Shown here one piece after another: positions 49,220-61,871 of a stretch of DNA of 64,000 nt. The position numbers were made by a program, and so were the translations under genes. The stretch comes from Camelus ferus. Its lineage: Eukaryota. The notes beneath the pieces were generated by a model that was not told the DNA's origin, did no database searches, and saw only the letters and a program-made list of their open reading frames with translations. Location: the NCBI RefSeq assembly GCF_009834535.1, contig NC_045716.1, forward strand, positions 24,614,001 to 24,678,000, given 5' to 3'. Position 1 is the stretch's first letter. The number at the start of each line of letters is the position of its first letter.

Positions 49220-49379
49220 TCAATCAATCTCTACCTCGCTCGTGAAGCAAATACAGACATCTTAGGCAAACAGACCCTTGCTCACTTCTACTTCTGCCTC
49301 GCTCCTCTCAACTCTTTCTTAAATATTACAACTGAAGTCATCTTTAAAGAGTGTATAAGTGAATCTGATGAAGCATCTG

Positions 49380-50390
49380 CTACCAATATCTCACCCACAT
49401 AATCTAATATCCTTTAGGGTTGACTCTTCAATTGACACCCTGGACACCCAGCATCTAAATCTTTCCTGTTCCCTCAATTCACTTAATATCCAAATTCCAT
49501 GCAGGTCGCCAGATCCTGTGGCTTCTATTTCAATTCCCATTCATTCCCTCCTTTCCAACCTTCCGCTACTGCCTTATTCTAAGCCCTCTCTCTCTGAACT
49601 CTCTCTCATCTGAGTTATTCCAATAGATATTTAACCAAATACCTGTTTCCAGGGCTCTCCTAAGCTGTCCTTCAAACGCTACCTGAATGACCATTTGAAA
49701 AATGCAAATTTGATTCTGCTAGGACCTGGAATAAATGGAATTAACATTAGTTCCCCACTGCCCTAAAATGAAGTCTAATCTCCTTGGAAGGGCCTACAAG
49801 ATCTCCATGATGTAGCCCCCGACTACCTCTCCAGTCTTATCTTTCTCTATGCCCTCCTTCTTCCTCATATTTTGGGCTCCGGTCATGCAAATCAAATCCC
49901 AGTTCCCCCAACTCACCATGCTATTTCAGGCCTGCCTGCATTTGCTTATATTATCAGCTCTGCCTGGATGCTTTTCCTAATTACCTCACCTCCCCATCCA
50001 CCAAGCAAATACCTAGTCTTCTTTCGGGACTGAGATCAGCATCAACTCTGTTAGGAAACCTTTCCTGATACCCCCTACTCCCCTCTAGTATATATATTTT
50101 TTTAAACATTTTTTTTTATTGAGTTATAGTCATTTTTCAATGTTGTGTCACATCCCAGTGTAGGGCACGATTTTTCCTCCCCTCTAGTATATTTAACTAC
50201 TTCATCTTTCATGCACCTGCTGTCCCTAGAGTGACAGTTAACGCTTACCTCTAACGCCCATTACAATGACCTGTTTGCCTAGTTCCCTCTTCCTGACTGA
50301 CAGCTTCCTGAAAACAGAGACTCATATTACCTTCATCCTCTAAACAGAAGTTTATTAATGACTGAGTGAATAGATGGATTAGTGCCCTTT
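49380..50390 (+). mobile_element. L2 LINE fragment
   Basis: Degenerate L2 ORF2/3' sequence ending atgactgagtgaatagatgg; limits approximate. Confidence 0.6.
50094..50176 (-). mobile_element. 83-bp extremely 5'-truncated L1 3' tail
   Basis: Reverse complement ...gacacaacattgaaaaatgactataactcaataaaaaaaaatgtttaaaaaaa; perfect 16-bp TSD CTCCCCTCTAGTATAT at 50078-50093 and 50177-50192. Confidence 0.85.
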
Positions 50391-50934
50391 GGCTGTCCTA
50401 ATATAACCAGTGTGCTCAAGGGAAAAATATACACATTAGTATTAGCAGGAGCCAGGCAGATTTAGGAAGATCTCGTATTCACATTGCTTTGTTGGCAGTT
50501 TTTTCCAGTCCTAAATTAGGGATGGAATTATTATAGGCGTGCATTTGTTAAACAGGTACTAATGAAATACTGGTTTATGTAGCAAATAATTTTGCTAACT
50601 TTTTAAAAGCTACAAATACAGTTGCAACCACTATTCAAAGGTTTCTATTACAATAAATCTGCCACGAAACCTTAAAATAATGATACCAAAGGTAGATTTA
50701 AGTTATTTCTGAGTTAGCCTTTAGTTTGAACTCTCTGTGTTTCTGTTTCTTTTTATTACTTGTGTAACTAGAGGACCGACAATATTTCTTGCTGACTTTC
50801 TATACCTGCTATCACCCAGCGACTACAATTAGCCTGTGAGACCTGTGACAGCAAACATTCTTTCTTCTCTTTATATGTTACTCATCACAGCCCATGGCAC
50901 ATGACAAATATCAGCTTAGCTTCCTTCTACTTAC

Positions 50935-51137
50935 TTGGGTAAGACATGATGGTCAACAAGGATGAGGGTGAGCTGCCCAGCCTGATGCAATGCATGCAGG
51001 TCAATCTCATCCCGGAAAATCAAAAGGGACTCTGGAATGTGAATCTTCTGAAGGAAGAAGACATTGTCGCCTCGCAGAGGTAGCTCAGAGCGTTTTATAT
51101 TTAAAACTGGCACAAAGACCTCCTCAGTCTCAGTTGT
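50935..51137 (-). CDS. PRUNE1: PRUNE1 exon 3 (DHH motif)
   Basis: cag|ACA ACT GAG...CCC AA|gtaagt; [25 protein letters not shown]...[12 protein letters not shown]; 203 nt. Confidence 0.96.
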
Positions 51138-51489
51138 CTGGATAGAAAAGTGAAAAGCAGGTATGGCAATATTATGTCACAGGACAGGAAAAGTAACAAG
51201 ACTATTGGGACCAAGGGAGACATGACCTTGGATAAGTTACTGCCCTTCTCAAAGCTGCAATCGCCCAGTCTTATCAAAATAAAAGGACGACTCTTGCCCT
51301 CTCTCCTTCTTAGCAATAACATGAAGGTCAACAAGATAACACTTGGAAAAGACCCAGTTCTAGATGCTGCAGAGAAGGGACTACTGGTCCTCAAGAGCTG
51401 ACACGGCCCTGAGGAATATACCCTAGATCACTGATACCCATAAGGAACTCAGTAATTAACTATTTGAATATTGCTTATGGTTTACAAAT

Positions 51490-51665
51490 TCTTCAAAATA
51501 CACCTGCTCATTTGATCCTCACAGCAACACTGCAAAACCTTAGCATTTTAGATTTTACAGATGGTGACATGAGTCTCAGCACAGTCAAGGGATTTAACTT
51601 ACTCAAGGCTAAATGCTGTTAAGTAGCAGAGCTGGGTCTTAAATGCAAATCTTTTCATTCTAAGG
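51490..51665 (-). mobile_element. MIR SINE
   Basis: tttgatcctcacagcaacact...attttacagatggtgac. Confidence 0.6.
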
Positions 51666-51685
51666 GACTCTTCCTAGGTACTCAC

Positions 51686-51778
51686 CTTTGCCAGGTAAAA
51701 AGCCAGGGCGAGAGCTGACACCATGGAGTCCAAGTCACAGGCTTCATTTCCCAGCACAACATGTATCGGTCGGGACAC
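51686..51778 (-). CDS. PRUNE1: PRUNE1 exon 2 (GNEACDLDS motif)
   Basis: ttgag|GTG TCC CGA...GCA AAG|gtgagt; [31 protein letters not shown]; 93 nt; acceptor trinucleotide is GAG. Confidence 0.92.
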
Positions 51779-52240
51779 CTCAAGATACAGGAGAATGGGA
51801 AATTAATGAAAGCATCTCTATTCATTTCCATTTTCCTTATATTTAAGTAGGGCTGCACGCACACCCTCTCCGATCTTCACAGAGGGGGTAGGTCAGATAG
51901 TCTTATGGGTCCTTGTTTCATGAAGATATTAACTGAGAGAGCATATGTTTTAGCTTTAAGCATTCCACACATGCCTAGTTAGTGGGAAAGTGCTCCTTCC
52001 TCTCTCCTACACTATCTCCTTGAATGTTAACTTAGCGACGAACAGAGAAGTAAATAATTCTCTGATTCCTTGTGCTTCTTTGGGCGCTCTAGGAGAAGTC
52101 AAAGGTAGAGCCTTTGGGGTAGCCGATGTATTCAAACCATATCAACCCTGGTTTGTTTTTTCTCTATTTTCAAAACAGGGAAAAGAATCCTTGCACTTCT
52201 AGATCACGAGAACAGGTGAAGAGACTCTGAAGATAAAGGC

Positions 52241-52466
52241 TGGGGGTGGGGGAGGGATAAACTGGGAATTTAGGATTAGCAGATACAAACTACTATACAC
52301 AGAATAGATAAACACAAGGTCCTATGTACAGCACAGGGAACTATATTCAATAACTTGCAATAACCTATAATGAAAAAGAATATATGTAACTGAATCACTA
52401 TGCTGTACAGCAGAAACACAACATTGTAAATCAATTATACTTCAGCTTAGAAAAGAAAAGAAAGGT
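52241..52466 (+). mobile_element. L1 3'UTR fragment, same type as the end of the BNIPL-intron L1
   Basis: ttagcagatacaaactactatac...tacagcacagggaact...acacaacattgtaaatcaa shared with about 39810-40020. Confidence 0.85.
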
Positions 52467-53114
52467 TAAAAACAAGGTCTAGTCCATCATCCAGAAATCT
52501 AGTCCATGAAAACTCTCCCTACCCAGAGGCGCTTCAGTGATAACCAGATATAACCAATATACACTCACAACCCAAGAAACTGACACCTTCCCCAGCAGGT
52601 TCAGATAAAAGCAGGAACAGTTGCTGCTACTGCTGGAAGTTTTATTTTTAAAGCTTTGAGAAGTCCAGCTGCTGATGGGAACTCTGAGGAGGGAGGCATA
52701 TGTGCTATTATTAACCTTGTTCCCTTGCATCCTATCAGAATTTTAAATAAAATACATTTAGACCTACAGGTGCCCACAATAGCAGAGACAAGGGTTTTGT
52801 TTTAAACATGTATTGAGTGTGCCAGGCACTGTTCTAATGTTTTTATGTGCATGAGCGAATCATTTAACCCTCAAAACATTCCGAAGAGGTAGGCATGTTA
52901 AGAATTATTATTTCATTCCAACTGTTTGCATTTGGCCAGGTGGAATAAGACCACAAAGTCCACGGCTCAGCTTAGAGCACAAGGATTCTCTCTACCCAAT
53001 TTACTCTTGAATTCCTGTCTCAGCCTCCTTCTTTGCCTCCGCTGCCGGCTAGAGGGGCAGAGCCTCCTCGGCCTACTTCTGAGAGAGGAGGGGATAAGAG
53101 AGACCAATGAGACA

Positions 53115-53323
53115 CATGGTTTCTCAATTTCAGCCCTGCTGGCATCTTGGCCTGGATAGTTCTTTGCTGTGGGGCTGCCCTGTGCACTGTAGGATGTTTG
53201 GCAGCATCCTCTGACTCTACCCACTAGTTGCTGGGAGCACCCCAAGTCACGACAATCAAAAATGTCTCCAGACTTGCCAAGTATTCTCCAGGAGGCAAGC
53301 TCACCCCTAGCTGAGAACTACTG
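53115..53323 (-). mobile_element. MER20 hAT DNA transposon
   Basis: Terminal catggtttctcaa...tgagaactactg; internal aaaatgtctccagac and tgtaggatgtttggcagcatcc resemble MER20 as recalled. Confidence 0.8.
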
Positions 53324-54599
53324 GGTTACAGAAAGGTGAAAATCCAATCTGGCTTCTTCAATCAGGGACGATTTGCTAGATGGAATAGTTTAGAAAAGTG
53401 CAAAAGGTGTTTAGAGGAACAAAACGTAACAAGGAATAGTTTAACAAGTAAGGTAACTTCAGGGGAGAAGACGATTGAGGGGAGCCTAGAATCACCTCTC
53501 TGTACTGGTGTCACCCCAGCCCCTCACCCCCCCAAGAAGCCACAGCCAGAAAGGGACAACTTAGGAAGACTTTTGGTGGAATTAATTGTGCCATCTAGTA
53601 ACTAGATATGTTTTTGTTTTTAAACCACCCTCTTCCCCATCTCCCACTCCCACCGCTAGAGAGAAGGGCAAGCGGCAGAGGCTATCTGTCGAGGTCTGGG
53701 GCAAAGGACCTCTGGGGAAGGCCTGCCCTTAGGCTCTCCCCTGTGCTCATTTCTCAAAGCCTGTTTCGAGAGGGTGGCCGCCAAGAGCCGGTCGCCCTGA
53801 GCAGCCTGGGAGAGGGAGGATTCTTTTCGATATTAAACTCTTTCCCAACACAACGTGAGAATTCTGTACCCAAGACCCGAGTCTTAGAGTAATTTTTCTG
53901 ACTTGCAATTCCTCCTCCTGATACCAGAGAAGGCCCCTCTGTTTCCTGGATACCAACAACTGCCCAGATGGCTGTGGACCAAAGTGACAACAAAGCACTT
54001 GAGATAAGTGGCTGCAGAGATAGCTGGCTCACTGAAGCAGTAAGGGAGGGCACCATGTTCTCTAGACAGGGAACTATACAAACACGAGAGGCCGTATTGC
54101 CCTGACTCTGGAGAATAAAGGCAAGAGGAACAGAGAAAAGGCAGAGTAAGGGGAAGAGGCCTATCTCTGGGCACAAAGAGGCCCTCGGAGAACCTTTCCA
54201 AAACTCACATCAGTGCTGCTTCATTCCGAGTGGCAGCCAAATAAGGATCAGTCAGATCCCCAGCACCGAGAGGAGGCTAAGCACAAAGGAGGGACCAAAT
54301 ACAACTTCATGGCTCTAAAGGGAAAGGAAATGATTCCAGAGGAAGGTGAACAACTAACCCCTTGTGCTCAGCCCAGGTCAGACGGCAACCAAAAGGAACT
54401 GGTACAAAAGGAATACGCTGGGATTTTTAGCAAATCTTGGAACGGGAGCACCTGAGGGAGGTGGCGGCATTCCCTTCCCCTGTCGCACCCACCAGCACCG
54501 AGCCTGACTGATCCATTCACCACCCGCATGACACGATGTGCACGTTCCCAGCTCTGTCCTCTGCACTATTTGTTCTTCTCTGTCTGAAAGCAGCAGAAA

Positions 54600-54750
54600 T
54601 GATCACAGACTGGGGTTGACTCCCAGCTCCGTTTCTTACTTGTTGTGGGACGTTGGCCTAAGCCTCATTTTTCTCATATAAAAATGAGGATACTACCGTA
54701 ACCAATTTCAGCAAGCTGTTATGAGGATTGAGTAAGACAGCATATGAAAG
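54600..54750 (+). mobile_element. MIR SINE
   Basis: agcctcatttttctcatataaaaatgagg...gttatgaggattga. Confidence 0.6.
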
Positions 54751-57299
54751 CCTGCCCTGTAGTAACAGAGATGAGCTCCTTCCCATCTTCTCCTTTTTCT
54801 GGCCCTCCTTGTCCAGTCAAGCCTTATCTAAAGCCCCCTCTGTCTGAAGTCTTCCCTGACCACCCAGGCCAAAGCGACCTCTTCCTGTCCAGCTCCAGCT
54901 CCTGGGGTTCTCATGTGGAACTCAACTACCACCTTAAGGAGCTTGCCATCTTTTCCTGGGCATGTACTACAAATCCTTAACATTGCTTACCACTTAGGTG
55001 CCTGTAAGCTTTGTTGTTCAAACTAGTACACTTCTGAGAATGAGAAGGGATGCAATGAATGATTATACCTCAGTAAACTCAGCTTGTCCTGGGCAAGCCG
55101 GTCGTATGGACGCCTAACCTACAAGGCACCATTCCCCTCCACGTTGAGGGAAAATACGTGTAACTCTTAACCCCCAGCCCATCCTCCACCAGCTGAAAGC
55201 ACAAGCCAAACGGCCTCTGTTTTCTGACCATCAGACGAAGAGTTCAGGGCAAATATAGCTATACTTAGAGCACAAGGAAACCTGAGTTGCCAATGGAAGA
55301 AATACAATCTGAGAGCCACAAGCAGATATAAAGTTTTCTTTTCTTAAAAAAAAAAAAAAAAAAAATGAAAACCACTAGTTGAAATGACTATGTCCTAATG
55401 TTCTCTGTGGCCTCAACAGCGGGGGAGAGGGGATGGGTTTTAGCGCTGGCAAAGCCAACCACTTCCCTTCTCAGGCTGAATATGGCCTGATGCCTACTCT
55501 ACACAATAGTTAATGGGAGGAAAAAAAAAAAGACAAGGAGCCAGAGATAGAGAAGCCCTCCCAGCAGGGAAAATGGGACTGACTGACACTATCACCAGGA
55601 CTGCAAATTTCTAAGGAGAATCAGCACTCCTGATTCTGGCCTCAGGCTGACAAGTGCAGAAAACACAGATTATCCAAAGGCTTCTGGATGAACACCTAAA
55701 CTTGAATGCAGCCCCACCCTGAAGCAAAGATTTTTTTTTTTTTCCTCACCAAAAGTGCAAGATGACTCACCATGATTAGGACATTTAGTTAAACAGGATT
55801 TCTTTTCAGTGGAACAACCTACTATTATTGTGGCCAAGACTGGAGAAAATTTATCTGGTATCAAATGCTGAAAATATGGTACCAACAGGAGAGTTGGCTG
55901 GGTTATCAGCTGTTTCTATCTTGTGTAAAAGTTGACAATTTCCTAAAAGTCATACTGTAATTCAACAGAAACACTCAAACTTAACAGTGTCTCTGTCTAA
56001 ATCACGTCTTTCTTTACACAAGAAACAACAGTGTGGCCACTGGGGAACTGGAGAGAGAGAACAAAATGATCTTTTTTTCTAATTTCATATCCTTTTTGTA
56101 TTAAAATTTTCTCACTATGTACATTTACTACTTCTATAATTAAAAGCAATCTAAATTGTTGCTGCCCATGTTCACCGGCTGACATTCCCAGTGTCTAATT
56201 TTCTCGTTTCTCCTGGCACTGGATAGGCTGTGTGGTGATGATAAGAGCTCCAAGACAGGACTTCGCCTTCACAACTCTACAAGTTTGGAAAAAGGAAGGT
56301 CTAGATTTTGTTCCTTGGGGGATGAATGCCGGCAGAGAAAGGTCACCACGATACCAGTAATACTGAAAAAAATCCAGTGTTTTTCAGCTTCATACTCCTG
56401 AGGAAGATACACTCTTAACCTGGGGGTATTTCTGGAGGGTGGATGCTGCAGAACAGATGCATGCCATGAAGTGTTATCTGGTGAGGTTTCAGGTTCAAGG
56501 ACTCTTTACCAAATGGTGAAAAAGAGACTGGTCATTTGGGTTATTGGGGGAAAAAATCCAACCGCCTAGCACTGGGAATGGTGCCACAAAGGCTGTATCA
56601 GTCCTCCAATGAGTTCTCTGTGATAGAAGTCAGAGGTAGCCAAAACGAATTGGCCCCAGATAACTTTATGCATTAAAACAACTTTCCCAAAATTTGAATT
56701 TCACAAGGAAAAATTTTTGTGTAATTGATGTTAAAATTGAACTTCACCCCTATTTTTCAGGTGAGGATATTCATTTATGACAGCAGCTGAGTCTGCAGGA
56801 GGAATTAGGTAAATTTTAGGATTTGTTAAAGACCAGAATCTATCACCCAGGGGAATCTGTAGAGTTTAAGATACTCAAAAAGGAAGAATAGTCAACCATC
56901 TGTCTAGATTTCTCCAAGGACAATATAACTCGAAGTAGGGGGGCCAGATGATCTCCTGGAGCCTTTCTCTAGCCAGCTTTTTGCTGCTAACTGGGGACAG
57001 CAGCCTAATGCTACACGACCAGTCAACATGGCTGGGCGATTCCAACCGGCTCAGAGAGTACCAAAAATAAGCCACAAGGCATTCAGGAGTCATGTTTATA
57101 GTTTTGATTCCAAACACACTTTGTGCTTATCCTGTCCAGGCCACGGATTTTTATGCAATTTGTGTGTGTTAAGGCCTAAGAAGAAAACTGAAGGCAAAGG
57201 AATGCAGGTTATGGGTCAACAGACATGCCTGTTGTATTGTGTATGTTTACCTTAAGAACAGATTTAAAGTAAAACACCACCACCACCCCTAATGTACAA

Positions 57300-58150
57300 T
57301 GAGTTAGGCCCGCCGGACAGCAACCGCCGTTCAGAGGCAGCAAAGCCGCGGGCACCGGTTCCCTCGTCCCCCAGGGGTTCACCTGGAGGCCAGTGGGCCA
57401 AGGCCGCCTCGCGAGCGGAGAACTGAGAGAGGGGCGGGGAGAAAGGGACAAATACACCTCGCGGCAGCACAGCCCGGTCCTTTTGACGGAACCGACCCGC
57501 GACAGCCAGCAGCGGCTCAGGGGCAGGACCCAGACCCATGCATCCTCCTCCCCGCTCTCGGGCGGACCCCAAAGGCAGGGGCCCCCAAACGGGGTGACCG
57601 AGCAGCACTCCCACTCTCAAGGGGTAGGTTCTCGCTCCTCACTTCTTAGGCCCTAAGCTTGATCAGATCCCGAGCCCCCAACCCACAATTCCACGTTCCC
57701 TCCACACACACCCTCGGGCTCCCCCGGATCCCACATCTTCGTCCTTCCTGAACCCCAGGCTCCATTCCTTACGATCACAGACAGGGGTCCGTTACCTGCA
57801 GAGCAGCTCGACAACCCTGCAGGTAGTCCTCCATGGTGAAGCCCAAAGCGTGCCACCGCCCCTCTTCGCGGAGAGGTTACCCGGAGAATGCGCCCCGCCC
57901 CGCACTCAGGGGCTTGAGGCGAGAGTCAGGAGGCGGGACTCGAACCCGCTACACCGCGATGCGGCCCTGACCCCTGGAGGAAGTGCGTAATCGGGCGCCC
58001 CGGGAGTCCGACGTCGCCCCTCCCCCAGCGGCGGAGGCCGAGCTCTGCGCCCTGGGACTCACGGGACGCCATTCCGGAGGCGCGAAGTGGGGCGTGGTGT
58101 AGGGCATCCTGGGAAATGTAGTTCAGAAGCTCCGAAAAACCGAGGGAAGG
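57300..58150. promoter_or_regulatory. Bidirectional PRUNE1/MINDY1 CpG-island promoter
   Basis: CpG island; GC box CCCCGCCC about 57893-57900; ACTACATTTCCCAG (ZNF143/SBS-type) on minus strand at 58109-58122. Confidence 0.8.
57796..57834 (-). CDS. PRUNE1: PRUNE1 exon 1 (start; exopolyphosphatase, DHH phosphoesterase family)
   Basis: accATG GAG GAC...CTG CAG|gtaacg; MEDYLQGCRAALQ; 39 nt. Confidence 0.96.
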
Positions 58151-60640
58151 AGAATTTTCTGAGATCACTTATCTGACACACAAATGTACAGGTGTCACCT
58201 AACCTATCTTTGTGGCATCTGAACACGCCCTCTCGAGTCAGGCTAAATGTAGCATCTGTCCATATGTTACCCCAGCCATCAGGTTGACATCTTAAATTAC
58301 ACTGGGCAAGAACAGCCCTTCAACCTCCTTCCTCGAATGCTCCCCTTAACCAAACTGACCCATTGCCACCAATTTTGTGATTTTCTGTGTTATAAAACTT
58401 TAGAATAATCTCTGACCTCTCTTTTTTTCTTAACACCTAGTCTCTTGCCAACTCCTGGCTTCTTTCACAACTCTGTATCCTGTTTTTTTATAGCAACGGC
58501 AAATGTCTCCTCATTCTTTTCCTAGACTGTTGTAACCCGGGTTCTTTGCTCTCTGCCTCCTTAATTGTTCCGACTGCCCATTTCAGCTTTCAGAGTTGCT
58601 TAAAGTTTTCATCCTGCGGCAGCCCTGTAAGTAGAGATTGGAGGGCCTTTCAGAATGTAGGGTTGGGTTCCAACCTCCTTTAACTGCCACCTTCCAGCCC
58701 CAGAGTTATGCAGAGTATTGCACATAAATGTACTCTCATCATCAAATGTTCCCTCGTTTTTAATGCATCCTTCTATTTCCTACCATCAGCTTTTCCTGCT
58801 CCCCACTCTAGGAATGGAGAGGACATGACAGATGAGAGCTGGGGCCTGTGGTGGGAACAGGGACCAGAGCACAGGGGTGCTGGGTCTCCGGCTTGCAGCT
58901 AGTTTTCTCCCCGCTGCACTCTTCCCAGAGCCTGGGGCTTCTTCCACACCTTCTGCACTACCAGGGTACAGCCCAAACAGCTTCATTTCTAGATTTTAAA
59001 ACATGATATAGTAAGGACTTGGAAAGGAGCAGGATTTTTTTTTTCACTTTAAATGAGTAAATATGCAAATACCATGTTCTTTGGCCCTGCCTCTATGGAT
59101 CCAGAGCAAAGCACTGCCATACCCAGGGAGAAAGCCCAGCTCCAACAAGCTGCTGCTGTCCAGCCCTGCTCCTCCCCTCAGCAAGGGCACTTGCTCTTCC
59201 CTATTCTCACCAGAGAGGCACAAGTGCTCCGTCCCTTCCAGCGGCAGGCGAAGGCAAGAGAAAGGGTCTGTTGTTTTTCTCTCCTTGTTTCTTTCCCTCA
59301 TTTGCTGATCACCAAGCTGCTGACCAGGTCAGAAAGCCCTAATGGAAATCCTCCAGTGCTGGGCAGGCTCCTCCTCCTCCAGGAAGCTTGTCCTTGACTG
59401 ATTTTTCTTTGTCCCGATGGGAAAAAGAGAGAGAGAGAGAAAGAAGAAAAAAGAAAAACCACAAACTTCCTTTGAAAACCAGCTTATGGACAGGGCCTGG
59501 AGCGCACGCCCTAGACTCGGCGACTCAGAAATCCTGAAGACATTCTGAGCCACCGGGTAGCACCTGGCAGCACCCCTGCCCGCCTCCACCTTCCTCCAGT
59601 GCCCGGGTCATGGGCGTGAGTCCGGAAGTGGCCACGATCCAGCCAGGACCGCCGCTCATAAACCCGTATAAGCTCTGGTGTTGACAGCTGGGAGGCAGCT
59701 GCGACTGTGGCGGCGCCCCTCACTGTACCCTCCTCCCCCATCGTATGGCCAGAGTTGAACCCTCCTTCTAAGTCCTGGAACAGCACCCACTTCTTTAAGG
59801 TAAAAACTGTTTTAACCATTTCCTTCACCTCTTCTCCTAACCCCCAGTTCTCCCCTTCCTCTCCAGCTCTGGGGTGGTGACACGGACTTGTCCTTCCACC
59901 TTGGGTCTCTACAAGTCTGGACTTCGAGGGGAACTAAGGCAGGAGGAAAATGTAAAGGAGGTGCTGCTTGGTCCCTACATTTCCTCTTTTTAATGACACC
60001 TTCCCCCTCTCCCTTGCTGGCCAGTAGACAGCAGACTTGGGTCTGACTGAGAAGGAGATTAAGGTGGGACAGCAAAGCACTTGAGGGGAGAGTAAAGTTC
60101 CTGGGGAGAAGGGCCGGGAGGGGACGTCTCATTAAAGCTACATACCTGTTTTATACGCTTCTTCCAACTTCTGGCGATTTACTGCCACTGGCTGGGGAGG
60201 GGGCCGGGGCTGTTTTAACCCCCTCACTCATCCCCAGAGGATAATTCCAGCCGGAGAGAAAATGTAGAACTTGAGTTAAGAAAAGAGGAAAAGAATGAAA
60301 TCCTGATTTGTTTGACTAGGACACTCCCTTCACCCTCCCCTGCTCTGATCCTCCATGCACCCCCATCTGGTGAGCGCCTTGTAGAGGGGGAGCCCTCCAC
60401 CGCGCCTCCTGCCCCTCTCCTGAAGCCTTAGCCCCTTAGCTTTGCCCAGTGTCTGAGGCCCAGCTCTCTCCTGTGTCCAGCCTCTCTTGGCTCAGCCCTC
60501 CAGCCAGCTAGCTGCCCAGCCCCCACTTAATTACTGATCATTTCTGGCATTGACAGAAAAGATAAGAAATAAGCCCTGCTTTTCTCTAAGCTTTTAAAAA
60601 ATTTTCCCAGGTGCTGGTTTCTGCTTCTGAAGCTCATTCT

Positions 60641-60791
60641 TTTTTATTTTTTCATTTTTATTTTTTGGTAGGGGGAGGCAATTAGGTTTATTTTTATTTA
60701 TTTATTCATTTAATGGCGGTACTGGGGATTGAACCCAGAACCTCGTGCACGCTAAGCAAGCACACTACTGAGCTATATCCTCCCACCCCAG
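60641..60791 (-). mobile_element. tRNA-Ala-derived SINE
   Basis: Reverse complement ggatatagctcagtagtgtgcttgcttagcgtgcacgaggttctgggttcaatccccag; TSD GCTCATTCT at 60632-60640 and 60792-60800. Confidence 0.88.
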
Positions 60792-61393
60792 GCTCATTCT
60801 AAGTGTAATTTGGGAAGGGAGGGGAAAAAGGAGAGAGAGAAAAAAAAAAAACCTGTAAGGCCTACAGGCAATTTTTGCTGCTTTGATTCTGTTTCTTTCT
60901 TTCTTTCTTTCTTTTCTTTTTGAAATTAACACTAATTCTAAATTAACAACATGTAAATGAGATGCAGCTAGCATAAATTATATTTGAATCAGGAGGATGA
61001 TCGATTTGAGTGACTAGGCTTATTTCGGTGGCTTCTGTGTTTCTCAACTTCATCCACAGGCTTTACCTAGCCCTAAATTCCTGCTGGATTGCAAGAGGAC
61101 GCATAGTCTCAGGTTAAGAGGAAGCGAGAGAAATGATTTCTAACAAGTTTCATTTCTCCCCTTTTCTCACCCTGAGTAAGGGGGAGAGGGGAGCAAGGTG
61201 GAGAGGGGAGCAAGGAGGTTGCAGGGAGATGTTTTTCAGGGGGGTTTGTGGCTTTATATCTTTAACAGCCCATGGTGTTAATAAAATGTCTATCTACGCT
61301 TAGTGCTGACAGAGAGCAGGTTAAACAGGTCCAGTGTTGACATCTTAAATGACCTAGGTAGGAATACACAGGAAGAACATACACACAGGTAGA

Positions 61394-61871
61394 TGAACAA
61401 AGATGCTGGGCCAACTGACGTCCTTCAAAGTCAAATGACCCCCACTCCTGGGCTCTCAGGTGTCTGCCTGCCCTCTGTCAACAGATAAAGTACATTCTTT
61501 ACTGGGCCTGTTTCCCCTAGCAAACTAATAACCCTAGGTAATGCCTAATCTCGCAACAGCTCAGGCCAGCTTGCTTCAGTCCACCTTATCAGAGTCATAA
61601 ACCCCACAGCCTTTCGCAGACCCTAAACCTCTTACCTCACCTACAATCAATCAGACTTGGCTGCAAGCCGATCAGGCATCCTGCCACCCGACCTTATAAA
61701 ACCCCCCAACAGCCGGCCCTCGGGGCTCAGCAGGCACCTCTCATCTGTGTGGCCCACTGTGGTCTATGGCAGTGTTCCCTAATAAACTCCTTTCCACTCC
61801 CATACTTAATCTCTGGTAGATTCCTTTACCAACCCACGTGTCACTGGCTTACCTACTGACTGGCCACAACA
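61394..61871 (+). mobile_element. ERV solo LTR (478 bp), family not determined
   Basis: TG...CA ends; 5-bp TSD GTAGA at 61389-61393 and 61872-61876; TATAAAA 61695-61701; AATAAA 61781-61786. Confidence 0.82.

Noticed and set aside
59053-59397. 114-aa ATG-initiated ORF upstream of MINDY1
   Set aside because: No similarity to anything I recognise and a length compatible with chance; Ribo-seq or codon conservation would be needed to revive it.
58283-61350. Identical 15-mer GTTGACATCTTAAAT at 58283-58297 and 61336-61350
   Set aside because: Flanks do not extend the match and the copies are 3 kb apart with no element-like structure; treated as chance or an unrecognised old repeat.
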